Sequence record: NC_073082
DNA from: Shigella phage vB_SboD_StarDew
Strand: one strand, 5' to 3'
DNA length: 44,715 nucleotides
The translations under genes and the position numbers were made by a program. The stretch's first letter is position 1. Each line of letters starts with the position of its first letter. Under the pieces are notes generated by a model. It saw nothing but the letters and a program-made list of their open reading frames with translations, was not told the DNA's origin and did not search any database. Shown in pieces: positions 1 through 8,612 of the stretch.

Positions 1-13
1 ACAGCCTGCCGAT

Positions 14-42
14 TTGGTGGGCTTTTTTGTGCCTGTTATAAT
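14..42 (+). promoter_or_regulatory. candidate sigma70-type promoter with extended -10 (TGtTATAAT at 34-42, -35-like TTGGTG at 14-19) upstream of small terminase gene
   Basis: Read directly; 17-bp spacer. At window edge, so upstream context is missing. Confidence 0.35.
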
Positions 43-112
43 CCACCTTAGATGGCAGGGCCGTCTCCTATGTTGCCGATGGTCGGCGCATATGCACAAA
101 AGGGCTTATATC

Positions 113-664
113 ATGGCAGAAATCAAAGTTAAGGGCCGACGCGCCAAACTGGACGGACGAGTGGCAGTAACCCCGCGCCGTAAACCAGGCGAGCAAACCG
201 AGCATACCAATCTCGGACCTGAAATCGAGTACGGAAAGCGCCGCAAAGGCGGCAAATGTGGACGCCCTACTGACTACCGATCTGTTTACTGCGACCAGCT
301 TCGTCGCTATTTTGCCGACGCCGACGCCTGGCAGGTCAATTACTCCGATAAAGGCGCTGCGCAGGTAATCCCTCGCAACAAAATGCCAACCTTCGGCAGA
401 TTTGCCGCGGAAATCGGTGTGGGCGTTGCCTGCCTGTACCGCTGGGCGCGCGCACATGAGGAGTTCGCCGAGGCGATGGCTGACGCAATGGAGTTGCAGA
501 AAACTTTCCTGATGGAAGCTGGTGGCGTGACCATCGCGGCGGGCTTCGCGACCTTCCTGCTCAAAGCCAACCACGGCGTACGCGACGATATCCCACTGGA
601 TGACGACGAAGATGATAACGGCGACGTCGTTGTCGAACCTACCGGCAAAGGCCAGGGCGAATAA
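113..664 (+). CDS. terS: terminase small subunit (ORF track 14..664; ATG at 113 preferred)
   Basis: Immediately upstream of and overlapping (TAATG) the large terminase; basic N-terminus and acidic C-terminal tail (DDDEDDNGD) typical of TerS; position-based. Confidence 0.55.
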   Translation: MAEIKVKGRRAKLDGRVAVTPRRKPGEQTEHTNLGPEIEYGKRRKGGKCGRPTDYRSVYCDQLRRYFADADAWQVNYSDKGAAQVIPRNKMPTFGRFAAEIGVGVACLYRWARAHEEFAEAMADAMELQKTFLMEAGGVTIAAGFATFLLKANHGVRDDIPLDDDEDDNGDVVVEPTGKGQGE

Positions 665-2049
665 TGCGTAACTATGCTGCAGAACACCGCGCACTGGAAC
701 GCGCGATCGCGAAGCGCAACCGACCACCGCGCCCGACACGCGTTGCGCAGGCGGTGCGGCTTTACCAGCCTGATTGCCTACCGCACCAGGTCGAACTACT
801 GCGGGACACGAAGACTAAAATCCTCGGCCTGTGTTCCGGCTTCGGCGGCGGCAAGTCATGGGTCGCAGCACGTAAGGTAATCCAGCTTTTAACCCTGAAC
901 CCGGGTCATGATGGCATCGTTACCGAACCGACTATTCCACTCCTGGTTAAAATCATGTATCCGGAATTGGAAAAGGCTTTCGACGAGGCTGGCTTCCGGT
1001 GGAAGTTCAACAAGCAGGACAAGATCTATAGCGTTCTGGTGAAAGGCAAATGGACCCGCGTGATCTGTGAATCAATGGAGAACTATACCCGCCTGATCGG
1101 GGTCAACGCCGCGTGGATTGTTGCCGACGAGTTCGACACCACGAAACAAGACGTCGCGCTGGCTGCATATCACAAATTGCTAGGTCGTCTGCGTGCGGGC
1201 TTCGTCCGCCAGTTCGTCATCGTATCCACGCCTGAAGGCTACCGGGCGATGTATCAAATTTTCGAGGTGGAGAAGGATAGCCAAAAGCGCCTGATCCGGG
1301 CGAAGACCACCGACAACCACCATTTACCGGCAGACTTTATCGACACGCTGCGCAGTCAGTACCCGGCGAACCTTATTGACGCGTACCTGAACGGCCTGTT
1401 TGTTAACCTTACGTCGGGCGCGGTGTACAAGATGTTTAATCGCGAGGAGAACGCCAGCACCGAAGAAGTACAACCGGAAGACACGCTGATTATCGGCATG
1501 GACTTTAACGTCACGAAAATGGCGGCGGTCGTGTATGTAAGACGGCAGCGTACCACCGAGAACAAGGAGTTCCGCGACGAGATTCACGCCGTGGATGAAT
1601 TCGTGGACCTGTTTGATACCCCGGCTATGATTGAAGCGATCGAGGAGCGCTACCCCGATCATTGCGCTGCCGGTCGTGTTGTCGTGTACCCGGATAGCAG
1701 CGGCAAATCCCGCAAAACGGTTAACGCTTCGTCGTCCGATATCGCGCAACTGGAAGATGCGGGCTTCGAGGTGGAATACGACAGCGTTAACCCGCCTGTG
1801 AAAGACCGATTGATCGCGATGAATACGATGATGTGCAACTCGAAGGGCGTGCGCCAGTATTTTGTCAACCTGGATAAATGCCCTACACTAGCGAAATGTC
1901 TGGAACAGCAGGTTTACGACCTGAAGAAAGGCGAGCCGGATAAAACCGCCGGTGTGGACCACATGAACGATGCCGCGGGTTATCCAATTGCGCACCTGTT
2001 CCCTGTGATTCGTCCAATCGCCGTTGTTCCTACCGTAGATTTCTACTAA
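664..2049 (+). CDS. terL: terminase large subunit (ATPase + nuclease)
   Basis: Walker A-like GFGGGKS and Walker B-like WIVADEFD in N-terminal half; 461 aa; followed by portal gene. Confidence 0.85.
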   Translation: MRNYAAEHRALERAIAKRNRPPRPTRVAQAVRLYQPDCLPHQVELLRDTKTKILGLCSGFGGGKSWVAARKVIQLLTLNPGHDGIVTEPTIPLLVKIMYPELEKAFDEAGFRWKFNKQDKIYSVLVKGKWTRVICESMENYTRLIGVNAAWIVADEFDTTKQDVALAAYHKLLGRLRAGFVRQFVIVSTPEGYRAMYQIFEVEKDSQKRLIRAKTTDNHHLPADFIDTLRSQYPANLIDAYLNGLFVNLTSGAVYKMFNREENASTEEVQPEDTLIIGMDFNVTKMAAVVYVRRQRTTENKEFRDEIHAVDEFVDLFDTPAMIEAIEERYPDHCAAGRVVVYPDSSGKSRKTVNASSSDIAQLEDAGFEVEYDSVNPPVKDRLIAMNTMMCNSKGVRQYFVNLDKCPTLAKCLEQQVYDLKKGEPDKTAGVDHMNDAAGYPIAHLFPVIRPIAVVPTVDFY

Positions 2050-2060
2050 GGAAACCGACC

Positions 2061-3581
2061 ATGACCGTTAACGTTGACAACCAGCACCCGCTCTATGCGC
2101 GCATCGCGCCAGAGTGGAAAATGATCCGTGACTGCGTAGCAGGTGAGCGCGCCGTGAAGGCGTGCGGCCCCTTGTACCTGCCGCACCCCGCAAGCGGCGA
2201 CACCACCGACCCGAAATCACGGGCACGCTATAAGGCATATAAGCAACGTGCTGTCTTCCTGAACGCCACCGCCCGCACACTGAATGCGCTGTTAGGTGTC
2301 GCCTTCGCCAAACCGGTGAGTATGGACCTTTCCGGGGCAATGGCTGACCTGATTGATGACGTTGACGGCAGCGGTATGCCGCTGGCGCAACTCCTGCGCG
2401 GTGCTATGTCTGAAGTTCTGCAATCAGGTCGTGCCGGGTTTATGGTCGACTACGACCGCCAGGCGCATTTTGACGAACTGGGTAACGTAGTACCGCAGAC
2501 AGCCGCTGAAATGGCAGCACACCGCCCGCTTATCCGCCTGTATACGGCTGAACAGATCATTAACTGGCGGCAGACCCACGGGGTCGACACGCTAATCGTG
2601 CTGAAGGAAACGGACGAAATCAGCACCGAAGACCCGGACGACTTCGCAAACCACGAAGTAACGATCTGGACCGAGCTTCGCATGATTGCAGGTAAGGCCC
2701 ACGCCCGCCGCTGGTTTTACAACGCTGACACGTCCGAGGTGCAGATGGACTTGCCGCGAGGCTTCACCCGCACCGACCTTGTACCATTGGTGGATGCCTC
2801 CGGTAATGCGCTTACTCAACTGCCATTTTGCTGGTGTGGCGCGGTGGACAACAACGCGACACCGGACGCCGCACCGCTGGCGGATATTGCGTCCATCAAC
2901 ATTAAGCACTACAACGCCGAAGCGGACGTCGCCGAGATCGCGCACATCGTGGGCCAACCTACACTCATTGCGACTGGTCTGACCCAATCATGGGCGGACA
3001 AGAACCTGAAAGGAGGCATCGCGCTCGGGGCAACTAAGGGCGTTATCCTGGGCCAGAACATGGACGCTAAACTTCTTCAGGCGGAGGAGCGCAACCTGTC
3101 TGTTGCACTGTGTGAGCGCCGCGAATTGCAAATGGCTAAACTGGGCGCGGCCCTGGTCGAGAAGGGGACCGCACCTAAGACGGCAACCGAGGCGGCCTAT
3201 GATGCACAGACTGATAACAGTATCCTGTCACTGATTGCCGGTAACGTCGAGAAGGCTTTCAACCGTGCGCTGCAAATCGTCAAGCTGTTCACGGGCGACA
3301 CCGCAGATCAACGCGTAACGCTGAATAAGTTCTACACCGAAATCACGGTTGACGCACAGCTTATGACCGCGATGATGGCAGGTGTGCAGACCGGTACTGT
3401 CCGACTGGCTGACTTTATCAAGTGGATGATGGCCCAGGGCGTTATTGATGACTCGCAAACCGTCGAGCAGGTGGAAGACGAACTGCGAAATCAGAATCCA
3501 TTGCCTCAAATGTCCCCGGATGCGGTAGAATCGACCGAAGAAGCCCCGGACGAGGTAGCGGACAATGGCGAAGACAATTAA
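2061..3581 (+). CDS. portal protein
   Basis: 506 aa ORF directly after terL with AAGGAAA RBS; acidic C-terminus; canonical gene order. Confidence 0.75.
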   Translation: MTVNVDNQHPLYARIAPEWKMIRDCVAGERAVKACGPLYLPHPASGDTTDPKSRARYKAYKQRAVFLNATARTLNALLGVAFAKPVSMDLSGAMADLIDDVDGSGMPLAQLLRGAMSEVLQSGRAGFMVDYDRQAHFDELGNVVPQTAAEMAAHRPLIRLYTAEQIINWRQTHGVDTLIVLKETDEISTEDPDDFANHEVTIWTELRMIAGKAHARRWFYNADTSEVQMDLPRGFTRTDLVPLVDASGNALTQLPFCWCGAVDNNATPDAAPLADIASINIKHYNAEADVAEIAHIVGQPTLIATGLTQSWADKNLKGGIALGATKGVILGQNMDAKLLQAEERNLSVALCERRELQMAKLGAALVEKGTAPKTATEAAYDAQTDNSILSLIAGNVEKAFNRALQIVKLFTGDTADQRVTLNKFYTEITVDAQLMTAMMAGVQTGTVRLADFIKWMMAQGVIDDSQTVEQVEDELRNQNPLPQMSPDAVESTEEAPDEVADNGEDN

Positions 3582-4668
3582 TCAATATATGGCGGATCGA
3601 ATGATTCGCCGTCACATCTTCACCCAGCGCCTGAGTAATGACCAGGCGCGGAGGGTGTTGGCTATGTGGGAGAAGTTCCGGCCCACGTTACTGGGTAAGC
3701 TGACCGAGTTGCTTGATGGTAAAAAGTCCATGAGCAACAAGGCGCTTACCACCCTGTTAACGCAACTCGACAAGACCGTCAAAACGGAACTGCGCACCGA
3801 GTTTAAGGTGCTGGCTGAAAGCCTTCAGGAGTTCGCCGACACCGAGGCCGATTATCTCGCCGACACATTAACGGCAGCGATCCAGCCGGTGGTCGCCGTA
3901 CCGGCGGTCGAGGTGGTTGGCGTAGTGACCGGCGCGCAGATCGCAGCAACGGCAATGAAAAACCCGTTCCAGGGCAATACCATGATGCAATGGCCCGACT
4001 CACTTTCTGAGTGGGCCAGGACGCAGATCGGTAATCAGGTGCGGGCGGGATTCATCCAGGGCAAGCCAACGATGGAAATTATCGCGGACGTGAGGCGCGC
4101 GCTAGGCGGTCGTAGTGCGCAAGCCATCTCAAGCGTTGTTAAGTCCGCAGTCAACCACTATGCGGCGACCGCCCGCGAACTAATGGTAAAAGCAAATGAC
4201 GATATTCTCGAAGGTCGCCAATGGTTATCTACATTGGACACGCATACTTCTCCCATGTGCCAGCTACGCGATCGCCTGTTTTATCCGGTTGATGTTACTC
4301 CCGATACGAAAGGGAAGCGAGGCGGAAAAGTGGTGGCGGGATCACAATATGGCGCTGGTCCGGGCAAGCTACATTATTGCTGCCGCTCGACGGAGACGTG
4401 GAAAGTCAAAGGTATGGAAGATTGGCCCAGTGGTAAGCGTCCGGCACTGAAGGCCGACGCAGGCAGATTGCTGAGTGAGCAGGTCGACGCGCAGACGGAT
4501 TTCTTCTCATGGGTGCAGCGCCAGCCGCGCCATATCCTGGAGGAATTATATGGAGTGCAACGCGCCGACCAGATTATGCGCGGCGTGAAAGTGCCGAAGA
4601 TGTTCACCGATTCCGGCGAACTAATGACTATCGAGCAGCTTAAAAACCGGGGGTTATGGCGTGATTAA
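3565..4668 (+). CDS. head morphogenesis / minor head protein (Mu F / SPP1 gp7-like position)
   Basis: 367 aa ORF overlapping portal stop; gene order terL-portal-minor head protein; call is positional. Confidence 0.55.
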   Translation: MAKTINQYMADRMIRRHIFTQRLSNDQARRVLAMWEKFRPTLLGKLTELLDGKKSMSNKALTTLLTQLDKTVKTELRTEFKVLAESLQEFADTEADYLADTLTAAIQPVVAVPAVEVVGVVTGAQIAATAMKNPFQGNTMMQWPDSLSEWARTQIGNQVRAGFIQGKPTMEIIADVRRALGGRSAQAISSVVKSAVNHYAATARELMVKANDDILEGRQWLSTLDTHTSPMCQLRDRLFYPVDVTPDTKGKRGGKVVAGSQYGAGPGKLHYCCRSTETWKVKGMEDWPSGKRPALKADAGRLLSEQVDAQTDFFSWVQRQPRHILEELYGVQRADQIMRGVKVPKMFTDSGELMTIEQLKNRGLWRD

Positions 4669-4990
4669 ATATGCAGCTATTGGACTGGTTATCGGTCTGG
4701 CGGTAGGATTCTGGCTAGGTGACTCCTATCGTGCTGGCGTAGTGGCGGAGGCGGCGCAAGAAGCGCAAGCCCAAGCCCAACGGCAGCAAACTAAAGTTGT
4801 CGAGCGCTCCGTGCAGGCCGAACAAGCCCGCGACGTAGAATACCGGACTATCACGAAAGAGGTTGTTAAATATGTTACGCGCCCTAACCGCCCTGATTGT
4901 AGTTTTGATGCTGAGCGCGTGCGGATCAAGCAACGCGCCGTTGATGCCGCTAACGGAGTCGGCACTGCGACCGCCGTGCAAGTTCGATAG
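4661..4990 (+). CDS. i-spanin (Rz-like): N-terminal TM helix plus Ala/Gln-rich coiled region; GTG start
   Basis: N-terminus MIKYAAIGLVIGLAVGFWLG is a single TM segment, followed by AEAAQEAQAQAQRQQ; overlapped in another frame by a lipoprotein ORF. Confidence 0.5.
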   Translation: MIKYAAIGLVIGLAVGFWLGDSYRAGVVAEAAQEAQAQAQRQQTKVVERSVQAEQARDVEYRTITKEVVKYVTRPNRPDCSFDAERVRIKQRAVDAANGVGTATAVQVR

Positions 4991-5102
4991 CCCGTCCGCA
5001 GACCCCGACGAGGATTTGATGATTGACGTGAAAAATATGGAATGCGGGGCGAAGCTAAGGGCGCAGGTGCTGGAGTTGCAGCAAATAATTAAGGGGCCGT
5101 AA
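4863..5102 (+). CDS. o-spanin (Rz1-like outer-membrane lipoprotein), overlapping the i-spanin gene in a different frame
   Basis: Signal peptide with lipobox (VLMLSAC), Pro-rich mature part with Cys residues; classic overlapped Rz/Rz1 architecture. Confidence 0.55.
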   Translation: MLNMLRALTALIVVLMLSACGSSNAPLMPLTESALRPPCKFDSPSADPDEDLMIDVKNMECGAKLRAQVLELQQIIKGP

Positions 5103-5115
5103 TGGCCCCCTTTTC
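5092..5115. terminator. bidirectional rho-independent terminator (GGGGCC-gtaat-GGCCCC + TTTT) between convergent genes
   Basis: Perfect 6-bp GC stem read directly; T-run follows on plus strand; located between o-spanin stop and stop of the minus-strand gene. Confidence 0.6.
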
Positions 5116-5116
5116 G

Positions 5117-5881
5117 TTAGCGCGGAATACCGCAAATCTCGTTGAGAGTTTTCACATCCAGCGCCACCGCCGTGGATTTTGGCTTGTCCGGGTAAGGGAT
5201 GAATTGCTCAACTTCAGGCCATGCCTTAATCAGCTTCTTGTCAGTATTGTGCAGGTCCAGCACACCGGTAACGGTCAACTTGAACGCGTCATACTTAGCC
5301 CGCAATTCGCGGCGGGCCTTATCGTTACGGTCCAGGCGCTTGCAGAAATCGTGGTCCGCAGGGTAGTCTATGCGACCGCGTGGCTTATAGATCGGCAGCG
5401 ATTTTCCGTCCTCGTCCACTTCACACACCGAAGCCAGCATAACTTCCTCGAACCCCGGTACGATATCGCCGAGATCGGGAGATAGCTTATTCATGTATTT
5501 ATATTCCCAGTATCCTCGATGTACTCGGTATTGGTATCCGTCGCCGCTCAATGACAAGGTGCGAACGTTTCCGCCTGCGTTTATTTCGAAAGTGGCGTCG
5601 TAAACGCTGCCGATACCTTTTGGGCGGTCGGTGTTATAACTATACGTCGCCTTGTTGGTGTATACACAGACGCCGTACATCTGCGACGGGTCATCGCCGA
5701 TTGCTTCAATGCGCTCGAGTAGCTTGGCGAACGTGCGAATGCCTTCCGGCATACAGTCCAGCGTAATGGCATAAGCCAGGTCGCGCGAGTCCATCATGAT
5801 TTGTTTGGCTTCTGTCGCGATTTCGTGGTCGCGCAGGATGTTAGCCAGGATCTGATTTTTAATGTCTTTAGTAAGTCTCAT
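5117..5881 (-). CDS. hypothetical protein (254 aa), reverse-strand accessory gene (moron) inside head module
   Basis: Long ORF with GAGGA RBS 8 nt upstream of ATG at 5881; own promoter at 5911-5940; ORF track 5117..5926 trimmed to first ATG with RBS. No family recognised. Confidence 0.6.
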   Translation of the reverse strand: MRLTKDIKNQILANILRDHEIATEAKQIMMDSRDLAYAITLDCMPEGIRTFAKLLERIEAIGDDPSQMYGVCVYTNKATYSYNTDRPKGIGSVYDATFEINAGGNVRTLSLSGDGYQYRVHRGYWEYKYMNKLSPDLGDIVPGFEEVMLASVCEVDEDGKSLPIYKPRGRIDYPADHDFCKRLDRNDKARRELRAKYDAFKLTVTGVLDLHNTDKKLIKAWPEVEQFIPYPDKPKSTAVALDVKTLNEICGIPR

Positions 5882-5910
5882 TTTTGTGTCCTCGTTGTTG
5901 GTGTGCAACC

Positions 5911-5940
5911 AATATAATGCAACCAATACTCGGATTGCAA
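5911..5940 (-). promoter_or_regulatory. candidate promoter (minus strand): -35 TTGCAA, 18-bp spacer containing ATTGGTTGCA, -10 TATATT
   Basis: Read on reverse complement; same architecture recurs at 27247-27275 and 40008-40036. Confidence 0.45.
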
Positions 5941-6029
5941 GCGAATTTTGCGATTATTTTTATCGCTGATAATATTAAGGCGTGAAGTCAAGCGGGTGGC
6001 CCGCTTTGCCACAATCCCAGGGGGATAGC

Positions 6030-6731
6030 ATGAAACTTACTAAAGCAGAATATGACGCGTTGCCGGAAGGTATGAAGGCGCTTTTTGTTGCCGATGGTGA
6101 CGGGTATAAAGCAACGTTCATGACCGCCGAAGAAGTACAGGCGGAGATCAAGGGTCTGAAAGACAACAACGCGAAGCTGGTTAGCGAGAAGAAAGCAGAA
6201 GCCGAACGCCGCGCCGAAGCCGAGCGCCTTGCGAAAGAGAAAGAGGAAGCCGCCGCGCGCAAAAATGGCGACCTCGAAGCGATCGACAAGTCCTGGAAAG
6301 ATAAGTTTGCGAAACACGAAGCAGACACATCGGGAAAAATAGAAGCCTACCGCAAGCAGATCCACGACCTAACCATCGGCAGCGCTGCCAAAGATTTGGC
6401 CTCGAAGCTGTTCGGTAAGAATGCGGGCATCATGCAACGCCACGTTATGGACCGCCTGACGCTGGAAGACGGCGAAGACGGCAGCTTGAAGGTGCGTGTC
6501 TTGCAGGATGGCAAACCGTCCGCGCTGACTATGGAAGAGCTTGAAAAAGAGTTCCGTAATAACGCCGATTTTGCATCCGTCCTGGCGGGCACGCCAGCCG
6601 GTGGTGCGCCGAGCAAACCGACGCAGGTCGTCGAAGATGTGAAGTCTAAAATCACTATGGGCCACAGCTTTGGCATCACCGACCTGACGAAACAGGCGGG
6701 TGAAATCATCGCTAAAATGGGCGACGAGTAA
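6030..6731 (+). CDS. head scaffolding protein
   Basis: Lys/Glu/Ala-rich, coiled-coil-like sequence (KKAEAERRAEAERLAKEKEEAAARK); immediately upstream of the major capsid gene; GGGGGA RBS before ATG at 6030. Confidence 0.65.
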   Translation: MKLTKAEYDALPEGMKALFVADGDGYKATFMTAEEVQAEIKGLKDNNAKLVSEKKAEAERRAEAERLAKEKEEAAARKNGDLEAIDKSWKDKFAKHEADTSGKIEAYRKQIHDLTIGSAAKDLASKLFGKNAGIMQRHVMDRLTLEDGEDGSLKVRVLQDGKPSALTMEELEKEFRNNADFASVLAGTPAGGAPSKPTQVVEDVKSKITMGHSFGITDLTKQAGEIIAKMGDE

Positions 6732-6735
6732 GCAA

Positions 6736-6762
6736 ATTGCCCGCGAAAGCGGGCAATTTTGC
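6736..6762 (+). terminator. candidate rho-independent terminator after scaffold gene (TTGCCCGC-gaaa-GCGGGCAA + TTTT)
   Basis: 8-bp stem with GNRA-like loop read directly; short T-run. Confidence 0.4.
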
Positions 6763-6828
6763 GAGCGCGTAAATCTAGGGTAACATTAACGGTACTGGGC
6801 GAATGCTCACAACTCAAAGGATTCCGAT

Positions 6829-7929
6829 ATGTCTTTAACAGTGTTCCAGCGTAAACTCGTCACCGCGGTTACGCAAATGATTCCCGATAACCTGAACGTG
6901 TTCAACGCCGCCGCTAACGGCGCTGTTGTTCTCGGTACGGGTGAAGTGCTGAAGGACGTTGTAGAAAAAATGTCCGTAGGCTTGATCGCCAACCTCGTTA
7001 CCGACCGTAACGCCTATGCCCCTGTCGGTACTCCGGCGACCGCAAAAGTGCTGGCGCGTATGCTGACCAACTCCGTAAACCTGTCCGCGAAAGTGGGTCC
7101 GGTAGCAATCACTAAGGCTATGATGGCTAAAATCGAAACCAACGTTAACAGCGTTGCGGCTGAGATTGCGGCACAGGCTACTCAAGCGATTATGCTGCAT
7201 TACCTGAAGGCTGGCATCGGCGCAAGTAAAGCGGCGATCGAGAGCAACGCAGCGGCAAAATACACCCAACCGGCGCGCGTTGACGGCGTTGGCGGTCGTA
7301 CCTTCCCGACCCTGGCAGACTTCCCGCTGGCGGCTTCTAAGTTCGGCGATCAGGCGTCTTTGATTAAGTCCTGGTTTATGGACGGCGTTACTTGGGCAAA
7401 CTTCATTGCGTACCAGGCACTCCCTTCCGCTGAACAGGTATTCGCAATTGGCGATCTCCAGGTAATGGGCGATGGCCTGGGCCGTCGCTTCATTATCTCC
7501 GATGCCGCTGCAGATGCTATGGGCCCGGGTAACATGCTGGGTCTGGTCCCTGGCGCGGTTGCAGTTACCACCAACGGTCTTGATATGCTGGCGCAGGAGA
7601 AAGGCGGTAACGAGAACATCGAACGTTGGTGGCAGGGCGAGTTCGACTTCAACGTGGCGGTTAAAGGCTACCGTCTGAAGGCGTCCGCACGTACTCCGGT
7701 CGAAGGTGTTCGCTCGTTCAAACTGTCCGACATCACCACTTCCGCTAACTGGGAACTGGATCAGGGCCAGGTAGACAACGCACCGGCAACCGTTCAGGAT
7801 GTTGGCGCTGTTGGTGACGGCGATACTAAAGGCCGTCGTAAGACCCAGGCCGCACAGGAAGTGCCTACCCGTCACATCAAGGAAACGGCAGGCGTACTGG
7901 TTACGCTTACCCCGACCAAAGCGTCCTGA
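6829..7929 (+). CDS. major capsid protein
   Basis: 366 aa ORF after scaffold, strong terminator downstream, canonical position; AAGGA RBS. Confidence 0.75.
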   Translation: MSLTVFQRKLVTAVTQMIPDNLNVFNAAANGAVVLGTGEVLKDVVEKMSVGLIANLVTDRNAYAPVGTPATAKVLARMLTNSVNLSAKVGPVAITKAMMAKIETNVNSVAAEIAAQATQAIMLHYLKAGIGASKAAIESNAAAKYTQPARVDGVGGRTFPTLADFPLAASKFGDQASLIKSWFMDGVTWANFIAYQALPSAEQVFAIGDLQVMGDGLGRRFIISDAAADAMGPGNMLGLVPGAVAVTTNGLDMLAQEKGGNENIERWWQGEFDFNVAVKGYRLKASARTPVEGVRSFKLSDITTSANWELDQGQVDNAPATVQDVGAVGDGDTKGRRKTQAAQEVPTRHIKETAGVLVTLTPTKAS

Positions 7930-7946
7930 TCTACGCACATCCCAAA

Positions 7947-7973
7947 TGGGCGGGCATAAGCCCGCCTTTTTTA
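7947..7973 (+). terminator. rho-independent terminator after capsid gene (GGGCGGGC-ataa-GCCCGCC + TTTTTT)
   Basis: Read directly. Confidence 0.6.
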
Positions 7974-7987
7974 TAGGAGTGAATCTA

Positions 7988-8488
7988 ATGTATGGCGACC
8001 CGCAAACCTTTGTTGTTTATGCCGCGGCGCGAGGCGTTGAAATTACGCAGAGCGACGCAACGCGACACCTTACCATTGTTAATGACTTCCTTAACGGCAT
8101 CGACTGGATCGGCGAACAAGCGGACCCGACCGGAATTGACGCATGGCCCCGCGTCAACTACCCGTCAGACGGTAAGCCGGTGCAAAACACGCTTACTGAA
8201 GATTTGACAGTAGTTCCGGCGGGGCAGATTGTAGACTTCGCATCAATCCCTGTTGCCGTTGAGCAAGCCGTTTACCGGCTGGCAATGTTGGTGGCGGACG
8301 ATGTTGATATTTCTCCGGTCAGCGATGGGAAGGAGACTATCCGTGAAACGGTAGGCCCGATCACGATGGAGTATGACGCCGCGACGATTGGTAGCGGTGT
8401 GTCTTTTCCGTGGTGGGATGGCTTGCTGGGCTACTGGGTGAATGTAGACGGCAACGCAGCGGGTAATTTTGACGTATTCCGGGGGTGA
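7988..8488 (+). CDS. putative head-tail connector/adaptor protein
   Basis: 166 aa ORF with AGGAG RBS; position between capsid and neck/tail genes; assignment positional. Confidence 0.4.
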   Translation: MYGDPQTFVVYAAARGVEITQSDATRHLTIVNDFLNGIDWIGEQADPTGIDAWPRVNYPSDGKPVQNTLTEDLTVVPAGQIVDFASIPVAVEQAVYRLAMLVADDVDISPVSDGKETIRETVGPITMEYDAATIGSGVSFPWWDGLLGYWVNVDGNAAGNFDVFRG

Positions 8489-8489
8489 T

Positions 8490-8612
8490 ATGAATCCTGC
8501 ATTACTGGCGGCTATTATCGCCGCAAATACTAAACGCCAACCGGAACCAGAACCGGAACCAGAACCAGAACCGGAACCGCCGGTGCAGGAGGATGAAAAT
8601 GGCGGGCTTTAA
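8490..8612 (+). CDS. small ORF (40 aa) encoding (Pro-Glu)x6 repeat; possibly not a real gene
   Basis: ATG at 8490 with GGGGG 5 nt upstream; contains hexanucleotide tandem repeat; overlaps start of next gene. Confidence 0.25.
   Translation: MNPALLAAIIAANTKRQPEPEPEPEPEPEPPVQEDENGGL
8531..8569 (+). repeat. tandem hexanucleotide repeat (CCGGAA/CCAGAA) about 6.5 units
   Basis: Read directly from sequence. Confidence 0.9.

Noticed and set aside
14-112. N-terminal extension of the small terminase ORF
   Set aside because: Track start at 14 is a non-ATG codon inside the predicted promoter; ATG at 113 with conserved TerS N-terminus (MAEIKVKGRR) is more plausible.
6835-7938. 367-aa ORF on the minus strand covering the major capsid gene
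   Set aside because: Fully antisense to a well-supported structural gene; no RBS; typical long spurious ORF in GC-rich coding DNA.
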